A program made the translations under genes and the position numbers. A stretch of DNA of 64,000 nucleotides from a virus: positions 1-64,000 of the IMG/VR virus record IMGVR_UViG_3300049489_001336; one strand, written 5' to 3'. The notes beneath the pieces are model-generated. The model was not told where the DNA came from. It saw nothing but the letters and a program-made list of their open reading frames with translations, and ran no database searches. Numbering within the stretch: position 1 is the stretch's first letter; every line of letters starts with the position of its first letter. Positions 48,266-57,725 of this stretch are shown here, piece by piece.

Positions 48266-49138
48266 ATGCGCGCCTTGGTTATTAGCGGAGGGGGCTCTCG
48301 GGGCCAATATCACGTAGGTGCCTTAAAATATCTGTATTTAGATAAAGGCTACCAACATCAAATCCTCTGCGGTAACAGCGTAGGCGCCCTCATCGCAGCG
48401 TTTATTGCACAATACCCGTACGGAAAAGAAGCAGATGCTATTAACACCCTAGCCAATCTGTTTCTACACATCCGTACGGAAAACGTTAAAAAGCCGTGGC
48501 GCCCTTTTGGCCTTTTCACAGGATTTAGGTCCAAGAAAAGTTTGTGGAATAGTCATCCACTTCAAGAGCTTATTTCGACGCATATAGACGTTCATAAAAT
48601 ACAAAGCACAGGCCGGGCGGTGCGCGTAGGCATGACCCGTATTTCTCCTAGAGATAGGAGTAATTACGAAGTCGCCACAGAAAACCACCCTGAGCTTATC
48701 CAAGCTATTCAAGCGTCTGCGGCGCTTGTACCTTTTTTTGAACCCGTACGAGTTGATCAAGACTGGGCCATTGACGGGGGCGTACAGCAAATAACGCCTA
48801 TTCGCTCCGCGATAGACGCAGGGGCTACCGTCATTGACGTCTTAATGTGTTATCCGCCCATGCTCAAGTTTCCGGCTACCCGTGAGATGTCTGTACTGAA
48901 TCTAGGTTTCTTTACCTTTGATCTTCTCTTGCACAATCTCGCTTGGACCGATGTGCGGCGCACACAGTTTATTAACCGCATGGTCACCGACTACAATATC
49001 GCGGATAAACGCCGCGTAGAGCTCAACCTTATTTATCCCAGCAAGGATCTGGGCGTAAACGCGCTTGAGTTCAATTACGTGGACGCCTTACGCCTACAAA
49101 ACCAAGGGTACGTAGACGCGCGAGAAACTCACAGATAA
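48266..49138 (+). CDS. Patatin-like phospholipase
   Basis: SGGGSRG oxyanion loop, GNSVG nucleophile motif, SAA and IDGG motifs. Confidence 0.88.
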   Translation: MRALVISGGGSRGQYHVGALKYLYLDKGYQHQILCGNSVGALIAAFIAQYPYGKEADAINTLANLFLHIRTENVKKPWRPFGLFTGFRSKKSLWNSHPLQELISTHIDVHKIQSTGRAVRVGMTRISPRDRSNYEVATENHPELIQAIQASAALVPFFEPVRVDQDWAIDGGVQQITPIRSAIDAGATVIDVLMCYPPMLKFPATREMSVLNLGFFTFDLLLHNLAWTDVRRTQFINRMVTDYNIADKRRVELNLIYPSKDLGVNALEFNYVDALRLQNQGYVDARETHR

Positions 49139-49153
49139 TAAAAGCGCCGTTCC

Positions 49154-49182
49154 TTGTAGCGAAAGAACTCGCTACCTATAAT
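49154..49182 (+). promoter_or_regulatory. Sigma70-like promoter of the tail operon with a palindrome in the spacer
   Basis: TTGTAG-N17-TATAAT; GTAGCGA/TCGCTAC inverted repeat at 49156-49175. Confidence 0.65.
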
Positions 49183-49228
49183 CTGACACAAATACGCTGC
49201 TTTATTGAAGGCAAGCCGGAGCAAAACG

Positions 49229-51958
49229 ATGGTACGACCGATTGTTCTACTTTTCCAGGAGTTTGCGACCACGACGGCGACTCCTTCTACGCCTGACCTC
49301 AATTGTTTGATTGTCGGGCCGGCGTACCAAATTAAAGACTACCCGGATGACAAGGAAAGCATCCAGGTCTCTGATTATGGCGACTTAAACCTCGACAACC
49401 CGTACACGCCCCCGGTGGCGAATACAGCTGCTATCACGTTAGCGGCGCCTCCGGACATCGAGGCAGGTAGTTGGGTTGTTCCGTCGTCCATCAAGGTTTA
49501 CTTCGACGAAGCGCGCGTAATTTTGGCGTCGGGTACAAACGGCGTAACGGTAACGTCTTCGCCTAATGAAAACACCCTGACTTCGTCAGGTGCGACTTTC
49601 GTTACGGCAGGTGTTCAAGCGGGCGATACGCTTATCGTCGACAACCCCGCAGGTCCCGCGACGCCCAACCTCGTATTAACTGTGTTGAGCGTCGACAGTG
49701 AAACTGTCCTGCGGGTATCTTCAAATTTCTCCGCAGCTGACACCGGTCTCAACTACCGCGTTGAGCGCAAGCTATCTAATCAGTTGGTTGATAGTTCTTT
49801 CGTTGTAGCGCCCACGTACACGCAGTCTAATCAAATAGAAATTCTGGGCGGCGTGACACTTACTGTGGGCGCTACTCCGCGCACAGTTTCGTATGCGAAG
49901 GTCTATGTCGAATATCGAGCCTTCCGTACAGACCTCCAAACCCTGGACTCTGTAAACAGCACCTCGGATATTGAAACTAAGGTTGGACGCATTGACAGTC
50001 GCAATCCGCTTGCGGGTGCATTGTTTGTCGCAAAGCAGAACTCGGGCCAGGCCCCTGTTCAGTTTTATGGCATCGCGTCTAATGACCTCGAAGGCTATGT
50101 AAAAGCCAAAGAGGCGGTCTCAAACGATGAAAGCATTTATGCCATCGTCGTTTGTACGACCGACCTTGCGGTCGTGGCTGCGTTCAATGCAGACAACGTG
50201 ACTCTTGCAGATCCTACTGAGGCTCTAGATAGCGGTGTCCCCCAGAAATTCCGCGTTGTTATTGGTGCGGGTGAGTTGACAACCACGACCGATATCGTGG
50301 ATGAAAACACCGACGCGACAACAGAAGCCTTGACCGGCGCGATTCCGCCGGGAGTCAAGACGATCAACATCGCGTCGTTGGACGCTCTGGGCGACAATTT
50401 AAAGCCTGGAGATAAATTGGTGCTGTCAGCCAGTGAAAACGTTGCGACGTTGGACGGTACTTACACCATCGCGCATATCAACAGCGCAACACAGTTGGAG
50501 CTCGATGAAGCTCTTCCAGCTACGGTGAGCAGCGCCGAAGGCATTAACTACACGGTTACGCGTCCGTCCACAGGGGCTACGATTGTTTCGCTAGTTGACA
50601 ATCGCGCATACCTTACGACGGAAGCTGTTACCTACAAATCCCGTGTCGCAGGCGTAACCCCTGGCGCTCGTACCATTGCTAAGGTACAAAATGGTACCAC
50701 TGCAAACGGCATTTACAGCATCGTAGAAGTCGCAGGGGTATCAACTGTCATTAACGGTGATTTCTCTTCTAACAATATCTCCGCACAGGAGATAGTGGAT
50801 GCGATCAATACAGGGTCTGGCGTTACTTTAACGTTCACAGGTTCTGTAAATCTAGTGGCGTCCACAAGCGCGGGTACAACAGTACAAACGGCGGCTGCCG
50901 CTGCGGCGCTTTCCACGGGTACTGCAGGTGTAGACGACCTGACATCAACTGCGGCACTCAACGCCGCGTTTATCCGCCTTTTCGATTCGAACGCTACGTT
51001 CATTACTGACGGAGTGCTCGCAGGGGATATCATTGAAATTCCCGCGAATCCAAATGGCGTATTCGGTGCAAGCACCAAGCGGTTTGTGGTGGATCAAGTT
51101 GTCAGCGAGCAACGGCTACAGATCGAAAACATCGCGTCGGGGGCCTATCAAAACAACACCTCGACCGTTGAAAACGAGCTGCCCCACACGGACAACCGCC
51201 TTGGAACAGGTACTACTGTTTCTCAAGGATCTATCCGCTACCGCGTTATCCGCGAATTAAGCAAAGATCAACAAGTCGCTGAATTGGTGTCTCAAGCACA
51301 GAGCATCAATTCACGGCGTGCGATTTTGGCTTGGCCAGATCTCGTAACAGTGTCGGGTCTTGTTGATGGGTCTAAGCCTGCCAACGCGGACGGCACCGCT
51401 GCCGCAGCTGACCCGCAGCCGGGTTGGTATCTGTCTGCGGCTATCGGCGGTATGACCGCGGGCTTGCCCAGCCATCAGGGCTTTAGCCGATTGGGTATTG
51501 CTGGCGTCAGTCGCGTTGAACACTCCAGCGAATACTTCACCGCTCGACAGCTTTCGGACTTGTCGGATGGTGGCTGGTACGTGTTCCAGCAGAACACGCC
51601 GTCGTCACTGCCGTATAGCATTCACCAACTCACGACAGACCCCAGCACGCTGGAGTCCGGTGAGTACTCCATTGTTAAAAACTTTGACTTCGTGTCGTTG
51701 TTCTTCCTTGGAGTGCTTGAGCCCTTCCTTGGTGTTTGGAACGTCAATAACGACACCCTTGGCTTTATGCGCCAAGCTATGAGCACCGGCATTGAGCAGC
51801 TTAAACTGCGCCGCGTCGCTAAGATCGGTGCGCCTTTGAATGGCGCTACGATTACTTCGTTGGAAGTATCCCCTGCCTCCGCAGACCGTGTAGAGATTTA
51901 CGTCGAGGTTGATTTGCCCAAGCCCTTGAACGTAATTGGTCTCCACCTTGTTGCGTGA
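49229..51958 (+). CDS. Tail sheath protein with large inserted surface domains
   Basis: C-terminal sheath-like region (AAIGGM...GFSR.GIAG...LSDGGW...HQLTTD...EYSIVKNFDFVS...VDLPKPLNVIGL), followed by a tube-like gene. Confidence 0.8.
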   Translation: MVRPIVLLFQEFATTTATPSTPDLNCLIVGPAYQIKDYPDDKESIQVSDYGDLNLDNPYTPPVANTAAITLAAPPDIEAGSWVVPSSIKVYFDEARVILASGTNGVTVTSSPNENTLTSSGATFVTAGVQAGDTLIVDNPAGPATPNLVLTVLSVDSETVLRVSSNFSAADTGLNYRVERKLSNQLVDSSFVVAPTYTQSNQIEILGGVTLTVGATPRTVSYAKVYVEYRAFRTDLQTLDSVNSTSDIETKVGRIDSRNPLAGALFVAKQNSGQAPVQFYGIASNDLEGYVKAKEAVSNDESIYAIVVCTTDLAVVAAFNADNVTLADPTEALDSGVPQKFRVVIGAGELTTTTDIVDENTDATTEALTGAIPPGVKTINIASLDALGDNLKPGDKLVLSASENVATLDGTYTIAHINSATQLELDEALPATVSSAEGINYTVTRPSTGATIVSLVDNRAYLTTEAVTYKSRVAGVTPGARTIAKVQNGTTANGIYSIVEVAGVSTVINGDFSSNNISAQEIVDAINTGSGVTLTFTGSVNLVASTSAGTTVQTAAAAAALSTGTAGVDDLTSTAALNAAFIRLFDSNATFITDGVLAGDIIEIPANPNGVFGASTKRFVVDQVVSEQRLQIENIASGAYQNNTSTVENELPHTDNRLGTGTTVSQGSIRYRVIRELSKDQQVAELVSQAQSINSRRAILAWPDLVTVSGLVDGSKPANADGTAAAADPQPGWYLSAAIGGMTAGLPSHQGFSRLGIAGVSRVEHSSEYFTARQLSDLSDGGWYVFQQNTPSSLPYSIHQLTTDPSTLESGEYSIVKNFDFVSLFFLGVLEPFLGVWNVNNDTLGFMRQAMSTGIEQLKLRRVAKIGAPLNGATITSLEVSPASADRVEIYVEVDLPKPLNVIGLHLVA

Positions 51959-52902
51959 TAGGGTCAGTTGTGGCCTTTACTCCTGACGAACAAATCCCCC
52001 CAGATTTTGTCGCTTCTTTCGAAAAGGCGGCATTCTGGGGTGCTTTAAGCGGCCTTGCGCAAAAGGCTATGCCTTTTCTGCGTAAATACGGACCAGGAGT
52101 AGGAAGCGCAGCAGCGCGCGCGGGTGCTCGTGGTGCTCAGCGTTTTACGCCTGAATTCCTACGTCCGACCGTAAACGCGCTTAAAATGGTCGGCGGTAAA
52201 TACGGTCCTAACGCAGTGGGCCAGGCGTTTGCGCCTTATGGCAAACAACTTGAGCGAGGCATTGTAAACGCGTCAGGTAGCTTGTTTGGACAAAATGCTA
52301 AGCCGCTTACGCACCGACTCATTCGAGGATTACCTCAAGAGATGGTGCGGCAGAGCGCAGGCGGCGCTATCGCAGGCGGCCTTCTTGAAGGTGGCTTAGG
52401 TGCTGCCTTTGCGGAAGACGGTGAGGGTTTATCCGCTTTCGCGAAGGGGTTAGGTAGTGGCGCGCTGTCTGGTGCTGCGTTTGGTGCGGTGTCTGGTGGA
52501 ATCGGCAAAGGCATTACAAATGCCCGTTCTGAAGCTACGCGGCGCATGGCATTGAACCAGGGTGTCGCACCTAAAAACCTAAATAAGGTTCTAAAAGAAC
52601 AAAACGAGCGTGGCTTCTTTGGAAGTATCAAAGACGTTTATACAGGCAAAGGTTCTTTAGGGCGCGCAGGGGCAGGTCTAGGGGCTACGGGAGCTCTTGC
52701 TCAGTTTGGCGGTGAGTGGTTTTTGCCTAGCATGATTCTACCTGGCGGAGATACAGAACCACCAACACCGCCACCGCCTCAGCCTTATCAAGCACCGCCA
52801 TCCCTACAACAAGCACAACAACCACAACCTAAGCTTGGGGCTTATGGTCTGAGGCCTATCGATTTTACAAGGCTTCCAGGCTATTATACTAAGCGAAATT
52901 AA
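51955..52902 (+). CDS. Gly/Ala-rich glycine-zipper protein
   Basis: FEKAA motif, GGAIAGGLLEGGLG and GAAFGAVSGGIG zippers, P/Q-rich tail. Confidence 0.55.
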   Translation: MIGSVVAFTPDEQIPPDFVASFEKAAFWGALSGLAQKAMPFLRKYGPGVGSAAARAGARGAQRFTPEFLRPTVNALKMVGGKYGPNAVGQAFAPYGKQLERGIVNASGSLFGQNAKPLTHRLIRGLPQEMVRQSAGGAIAGGLLEGGLGAAFAEDGEGLSAFAKGLGSGALSGAAFGAVSGGIGKGITNARSEATRRMALNQGVAPKNLNKVLKEQNERGFFGSIKDVYTGKGSLGRAGAGLGATGALAQFGGEWFLPSMILPGGDTEPPTPPPPQPYQAPPSLQQAQQPQPKLGAYGLRPIDFTRLPGYYTKRN

Positions 52903-52932
52903 GTTTGAGCTACTCAACTTTAGGAGTCAGCG

Positions 52933-53676
52933 ATGTCGCTCGGTATTACCCGCAATTTGACGACTTGGCGTTTCCAAGATCAGTACGTAGAACGAGTCAT
53001 GGATAACGCTGCGTATACGTCGGCTCATCCCGACGATACGCTCGTCCTGGCGGGACCCGCGCGTTCGCACCAGGCTTCCCCTTCGGCCACGGACACTATC
53101 GGGTCGTTGTTGGCTATCGGCATGATGCAGAATTTGTCGATTAACCAAGTTAAATCTACGACACCTGTTATGGCCATCGGTTCTGGCCGTTCGTTCTTCG
53201 TGAGCGGCAAAGCGCAAGGCAGTGGATCTATCGCTCGTCTTTTTGTGAATGGGCGCAATTTACTTCGCGTTCTGTATCACAATGCGCGTACGCAAAATCT
53301 CGCAGTAAATGAGCTAGACGATCCTGCTGCGCTGTCGGGCACGAGTAAATTTTACATCAATTTAGACTCTGAGTTGTACCTAATTCCTTTTGGGTTAGGG
53401 ACTATTTTCAGAACTAAATCACGCGATTTTATCGGCGGCATGTACGCAGAACTTACGATGATTCAGTCGTATAACATCAGTGTACAAGCAGGTTCTAACA
53501 TGATTGCCGAGCAAGTCGGCTTCATGTTTGATCGCTTGATGCCCTTTTCAGACCCGACCAACATGACCGGTGTACCCCGCGCCACCTTAGACGAGGTAGT
53601 TGGGTTCCTCGACAAGACAGATGAGGAAGTTGCTAACGAGTCCTTAGGCTCCGCAACTGTGGCTGCAGTGGTCTAA
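52933..53676 (+). CDS. Tail tube protein (putative)
   Basis: IGMMQNLSINQ....PVMAIGSGR.F..SGK.QGSGSIARL and IQSYNISVQAG..MIAEQV pattern; located after the sheath gene; AGGAG RBS. Confidence 0.7.
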   Translation: MSLGITRNLTTWRFQDQYVERVMDNAAYTSAHPDDTLVLAGPARSHQASPSATDTIGSLLAIGMMQNLSINQVKSTTPVMAIGSGRSFFVSGKAQGSGSIARLFVNGRNLLRVLYHNARTQNLAVNELDDPAALSGTSKFYINLDSELYLIPFGLGTIFRTKSRDFIGGMYAELTMIQSYNISVQAGSNMIAEQVGFMFDRLMPFSDPTNMTGVPRATLDEVVGFLDKTDEEVANESLGSATVAAVV

Positions 53677-54086
53677 TGCGTTTGTCTGCACGTACTGCAG
53701 GAGCCTATGCCGCAGCGGCTCGACTTGGGCTTATCAAGTTGAGCGCTGCGGGCTCTTCTGCGCTTGTGCATGTACCTCGAAGTGCACCTTCATTTACGCC
53801 CGCGCGACTACTCGGGGGCGCAGCGGTAGGCGCTCTTACAGGGGGCTATTTAGCTCCAGAGGACCGTACAGGAACAGGCACCCTGTATGGCGCAGCGCTT
53901 GGCGCTTTGGGCGCGGGCACAGGCCACGCACTCAGTCCATTACTGCAAGACGCCCGCAGTATTCGTAAAAGCAACGCAATTCCTGCGATGGGCACCGCGT
54001 TAGGAACTCTCTCAGGAATCGGGGCTACGCAGGCCTTGATTAATAAAGATGTAGCGGATACTTCAGAGAACCCATACCGCTACTAG
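53676..54086 (+). CDS. Small glycine-zipper protein
   Basis: LLGGAAVGALTGG, LYGAALGALGAG, and N-terminal A...ARLG.IKLS. Confidence 0.55.
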   Translation: MRLSARTAGAYAAAARLGLIKLSAAGSSALVHVPRSAPSFTPARLLGGAAVGALTGGYLAPEDRTGTGTLYGAALGALGAGTGHALSPLLQDARSIRKSNAIPAMGTALGTLSGIGATQALINKDVADTSENPYRY

Positions 54087-54094
54087 TCGAAATC

Positions 54095-54200
54095 CTCTAA
54101 AGGGCTTTGCTTGTAAATTAGTTATTCACCAATTCACAAGCTTCTATCAAGCACTCTTTTGCAAGAGTTCTCTCATTGCGCTCCAGCCGAGCGCGTGAAT
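54095..54200 (-). ncRNA. Candidate TnpB omegaRNA scaffold (3' end of tnpB and downstream)
   Basis: Three hairpins on the minus strand: GCGCTC/GAGCGC (54178-54194), ACTCTT-GCAA-AAGAGT GNRA hairpin (54153-54168), and an 11-bp stem (54109-54141). Confidence 0.45.
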
Positions 54201-55253
54201 ATTAATCGCAGCATTGAGATCTCTGTGCATGCGTAAGCCACAGAAAGAGCAAATATGCTCTCGCATGTCTAAAGTCTTTTTAGTTACTTTTTGACATTGC
54301 GAACAACGTTGCGTTGTGCCTTTTGGGTCCACTGCAATGGCGTATTTCCCAGCTTCTTCCGCTTTGGAAATTAAACATTGCGTGAATTTGCCCCAAGCGG
54401 CGTCATAGATCGATTTCGAGAAACGGCTTTGAGCCATTCCTTTGATATTCAGTTTCTCGTAAGCGACAAAGTCGTATTTAGTGACTAGCGCCTTTGCTAG
54501 CTTACGGACAAAGTCTAGCCGTTGATTTCTGATTTTTTCGTGTGCTTTAACGACCAAAAGCTTTGCCCGCTTGCGAGAATTGGACCCTTTCTTTTTCCGA
54601 CTGAGCGCTTGCTGTCGTTTGGCAAGGACGTCTTCAGACTTATGGTAGAATCGAGGATTCTCGATTACGTCAGCGTTAGAAAGAGTCGCAAAGTCTGTTA
54701 GACCAACATCAATGCCAATAGAATTCTTGATTTGGCTGACTTTGGTAGGAGCTTCTCCAAGGTCACATACGATAGAGACAGCCCAGCCTTTGGATGTTCG
54801 CATGACTTGTGCGTGCTTCGGGATGCCTTGGAGCGGCCGATACTTTTTGAATTTTACAGAGCCTAGTTTAGGAACAATAATAGTATTACCAGAGATCCTT
54901 GGCACAGAAAATTCAAATGAATCGTAGCGATCAAGGCTGCGAAACCGCGGGTAACCTGGCGTTTGTCCTGCTTTGATTCTTCTAAAGAACGCTTTAAAAG
55001 ACCTATCTAATCTAATCAAAGTCTGTTGTAGAACAACAGCAGATACCTTACGGAAGTCTTCGTTATCGTGCCTAAGTTGGGTGAGCTCTTTGTGTTGATC
55101 GTAAACGTTAATAGCCTTTTTTTGTTTACGATAAGCGTCTCTACGTTGCTCCAACCCTGCGTTGTATAATTGCTGACACGCTTTCAATATAAACATTAGC
55201 TCAATTTCTTGAGCTTGAGTTGGTTGTAGAGGGTATCGGAAAGCGCGTATCAC
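54147..55253 (-). mobile_element. tnpB: IS200/IS605-family TnpB RNA-guided endonuclease, solo (no tnpA)
   Basis: N-terminal RAFRYPLQPT..Q, RuvC residues GIDVG / AYEKL / HRDLNAAINI, Zn finger CSQC...CSFCG. Confidence 0.9.
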
Positions 55254-55275
55254 TTGACTGGTTTGGTAACATAAG

Positions 55276-55305
55276 TTGATTTTACAGGCAAGGCCCGTCT
55301 AAAGT
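55276..55305 (+). promoter_or_regulatory. Sigma70-like promoter of the spike gene
   Basis: TTGATT-N18-TAAAGT; the ATG lies 6 nt after the -10 box. Confidence 0.45.
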
Positions 55306-55311
55306 AACGGC

Positions 55312-56832
55312 ATGTCGCGAACACATGCCACGCCCTCTGATATGAACGCTCCAAACCGTGGCAATAGACACGGTGGTGTGGGCGATCGTTTTCGTAGAGG
55401 CGAATTTGCTACCGTTATTTCTTATCAGGCTGATACGTATACCGCAAACGTGCGTACTGAGAACGGACGTCCTTTAACGGGCGTTCCGCGGTTACGAACT
55501 TCGCCAGGCGATGTCACTGCGTTAGAGCCTGGAACTGAAGTGCTTATTACGCATGAATACGGCGAACCCCTTATTTTAGGAATTGTGTCCATTCCCGGTA
55601 AAACGGTGAGTGCAGCTCGATTTTCTGCGACGGATGTACAAGGATTTGGTGGCCAAGGGCTAAATAAAAGCCAGACCCTTACCGAGGGTAATTACAGACA
55701 ACCCGCAGAGCCTGACGACATTGCCCCTGGTGATTGGGCTCACGTAGGCTCTGATGGAAACTTGGTCGCCGTATTAGGTGGCGGTGTTAACGTCCTAAAA
55801 TCGAGTGCTTTGGCGCAAATAAGAACGCACCTCATCAATGACCTCGTCGAAGTAATCTCCAGGAACTATCGCCATGTCTCTGATATGGGAGAGTTCACGA
55901 TTCAAAACAATGATGGCCGCATTAATATGCGATTTCGAGGCGGCACCGATCAACGCTCCGAAGCAGGTCCTGACGAAGAAAATTGGACTGTGAAATTCGA
56001 TTTAGGCTCCGAAGGAGATATGCTCAATTTAGAGCTGTGCACACCTCTTGGGCAGACGTTATTTAAATTTCACGTAAATGCCGATGGACAGTGCGAAATC
56101 TACGGGATTAACGGAGTCTCCATTAATTCGGGATCTCAAAGCGGAACTCCCAGCGTTGAACAGAGTACAGGGAGTAAACGCAGAGAAATTGGCGGCGACC
56201 AAACCGTAGTCATCCAAGGAGACAAACGTACTACCGTAGGTGGTAACGAAAGTACCGAAACGTCTGCCGATCATACCGTTAGCGCAGGCAACGATTTGCG
56301 CAACCAAGCATTACGTGACCTAGCCCTTGGCTGCGGACGTAATATGTACGTGCAAGCAACTGGCGATGGTCTTAACGACGCGCTCACGTTTGATATTGAA
56401 CACGGCAGTTGGGTCGTTGATATCGGAGGGCCTACGTCGTTGAACCCATTAAGCGGTTTTTCAATGAAAACCTTTTCTGGAGATATGACTTTTGAGTCTA
56501 CGTTAGGGGGTAATTTCAAGGTTACTACCTTGTTAGGTAACCTTGAAACCTCTACGCTCAAAACTATTATAAATACCAATTTTATGCCTGATTCGGTCAT
56601 CCTAGGCGGGAATGTACTGGCAAGTCATATCGTCAAATATGAACAATTAGAGCAGCATCTTCGTCTTCTTTATCAGCTACTAGATACACATATTCACATC
56701 GAATCAGGAACAAGTGTAGCTGCAGGTATCCCTGTGACAGGAACAAGTGGGCCGCCCGTCCTTCCCATCAGTCCTATCCTTAGTCCCACGCTGCTTACCT
56801 TTAAGAGTTTAACTACAGGGGTGTCACTTTGA
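55312..56832 (+). CDS. Baseplate central spike (gp5/gpV-like)
   Basis: N-terminal OB-fold-like region, beta-helix repeats (IGGDQTVVIQGDKRTTVGGNE...), and C-terminal HIH metal-binding motif. Confidence 0.75.
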   Translation: MSRTHATPSDMNAPNRGNRHGGVGDRFRRGEFATVISYQADTYTANVRTENGRPLTGVPRLRTSPGDVTALEPGTEVLITHEYGEPLILGIVSIPGKTVSAARFSATDVQGFGGQGLNKSQTLTEGNYRQPAEPDDIAPGDWAHVGSDGNLVAVLGGGVNVLKSSALAQIRTHLINDLVEVISRNYRHVSDMGEFTIQNNDGRINMRFRGGTDQRSEAGPDEENWTVKFDLGSEGDMLNLELCTPLGQTLFKFHVNADGQCEIYGINGVSINSGSQSGTPSVEQSTGSKRREIGGDQTVVIQGDKRTTVGGNESTETSADHTVSAGNDLRNQALRDLALGCGRNMYVQATGDGLNDALTFDIEHGSWVVDIGGPTSLNPLSGFSMKTFSGDMTFESTLGGNFKVTTLLGNLETSTLKTIINTNFMPDSVILGGNVLASHIVKYEQLEQHLRLLYQLLDTHIHIESGTSVAAGIPVTGTSGPPVLPISPILSPTLLTFKSLTTGVSL

Positions 56833-57295
56833 ACGTGTCTTCGTTAACAGTGATAACACCTTTGCAGCCCTCAACGGCACAGCGATAGCAAAGCGTCACA
56901 GTATCACGTTCCTCGGTATTGAGTGTGTCCTGTTCTATGCTGTTACCCTGGGAGGTAATCTCTACATTTTGAATTTGCGCCACTAGGGCTAGTCGCTCTT
57001 TTACAAAAAACTGTGCGTTCTTGCATTCGGGACAAATAATAGGTTTTCTACGACCGTTTACTGCGCGTTCCCACAAAACGGCTTTATCTACGTACGCGGT
57101 GGCTTCAGCTTCACGCAATGGAAAATGGTGCTGGCATACTTCACAGCGCATTAATTGCTGAGACGCAAATGTAGAAGGGCTTTCAAGATCTAAAAAAGAA
57201 AATTGTTGAGAATAAGGAACACCTGTTTCCATATAAATAAAACAACCGACGATGCGCACAGCTTGCTCATGACATTTCGGGCAACGTATAGACAT
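56813..57295 (-). CDS. Double Zn-ribbon protein
   Basis: CPKC...CEVC and CPEC...CAVEGC; start taken at MSIRCPKC. Confidence 0.6.
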   Translation of the reverse strand: MSIRCPKCHEQAVRIVGCFIYMETGVPYSQQFSFLDLESPSTFASQQLMRCEVCQHHFPLREAEATAYVDKAVLWERAVNGRRKPIICPECKNAQFFVKERLALVAQIQNVEITSQGNSIEQDTLNTEERDTVTLCYRCAVEGCKGVITVNEDTFKVTPL

Positions 57296-57344
57296 TGTCC
57301 TTACGTACATGATCTTTTGACAAAAAGCAACGTCAGGTGTTTCT

Positions 57345-57725
57345 TCATTTGAAGCAATATTGCTTCTTATATGTTTTTGCAGTCCACAGACGGATCGCTG
57401 TGACTTTCTCAAAGGGCAATTCCTCGACCGTGAAAGGATCCACTTTCGGAGGTGAAAATACGCCCTTTTCAGGGGTATAACGCGGACGCAACGGAGCCAA
57501 CAGCACAACAGAACCGCGAACCCCAACAAGGTATCCGCGTTTCTCTCGATCTCCCAAGGAGAGATATACAAACGCAGGAGCGACGCGCTGAAGCTCCTTG
57601 TAAAGCGCTTCGCGCACTGCATTTGCGTATGCATGTTGCGCATCTACTTCTTTCACGCCTTGGTGTACAACTAGGCCCGTTACGGTAACCAGCGACGCTG
57701 CTGCAGCCACGCCGAGCCACAGCAT
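57345..57725 (-). CDS. Small N-terminally membrane-anchored protein
   Basis: MLWLGVAAAASLVTVTGLVV; start codon directly follows the upstream stop. Confidence 0.6.
   Translation of the reverse strand: MLWLGVAAAASLVTVTGLVVHQGVKEVDAQHAYANAVREALYKELQRVAPAFVYLSLGDREKRGYLVGVRGSVVLLAPLRPRYTPEKGVFSPPKVDPFTVEELPFEKVTAIRLWTAKTYKKQYCFK

Noticed and set aside
56813-57643. 276-aa version of the Zn-ribbon ORF
   Set aside because: Its 5' extension overlaps the better-supported ORF 57345-57725; the start was moved to 57295.
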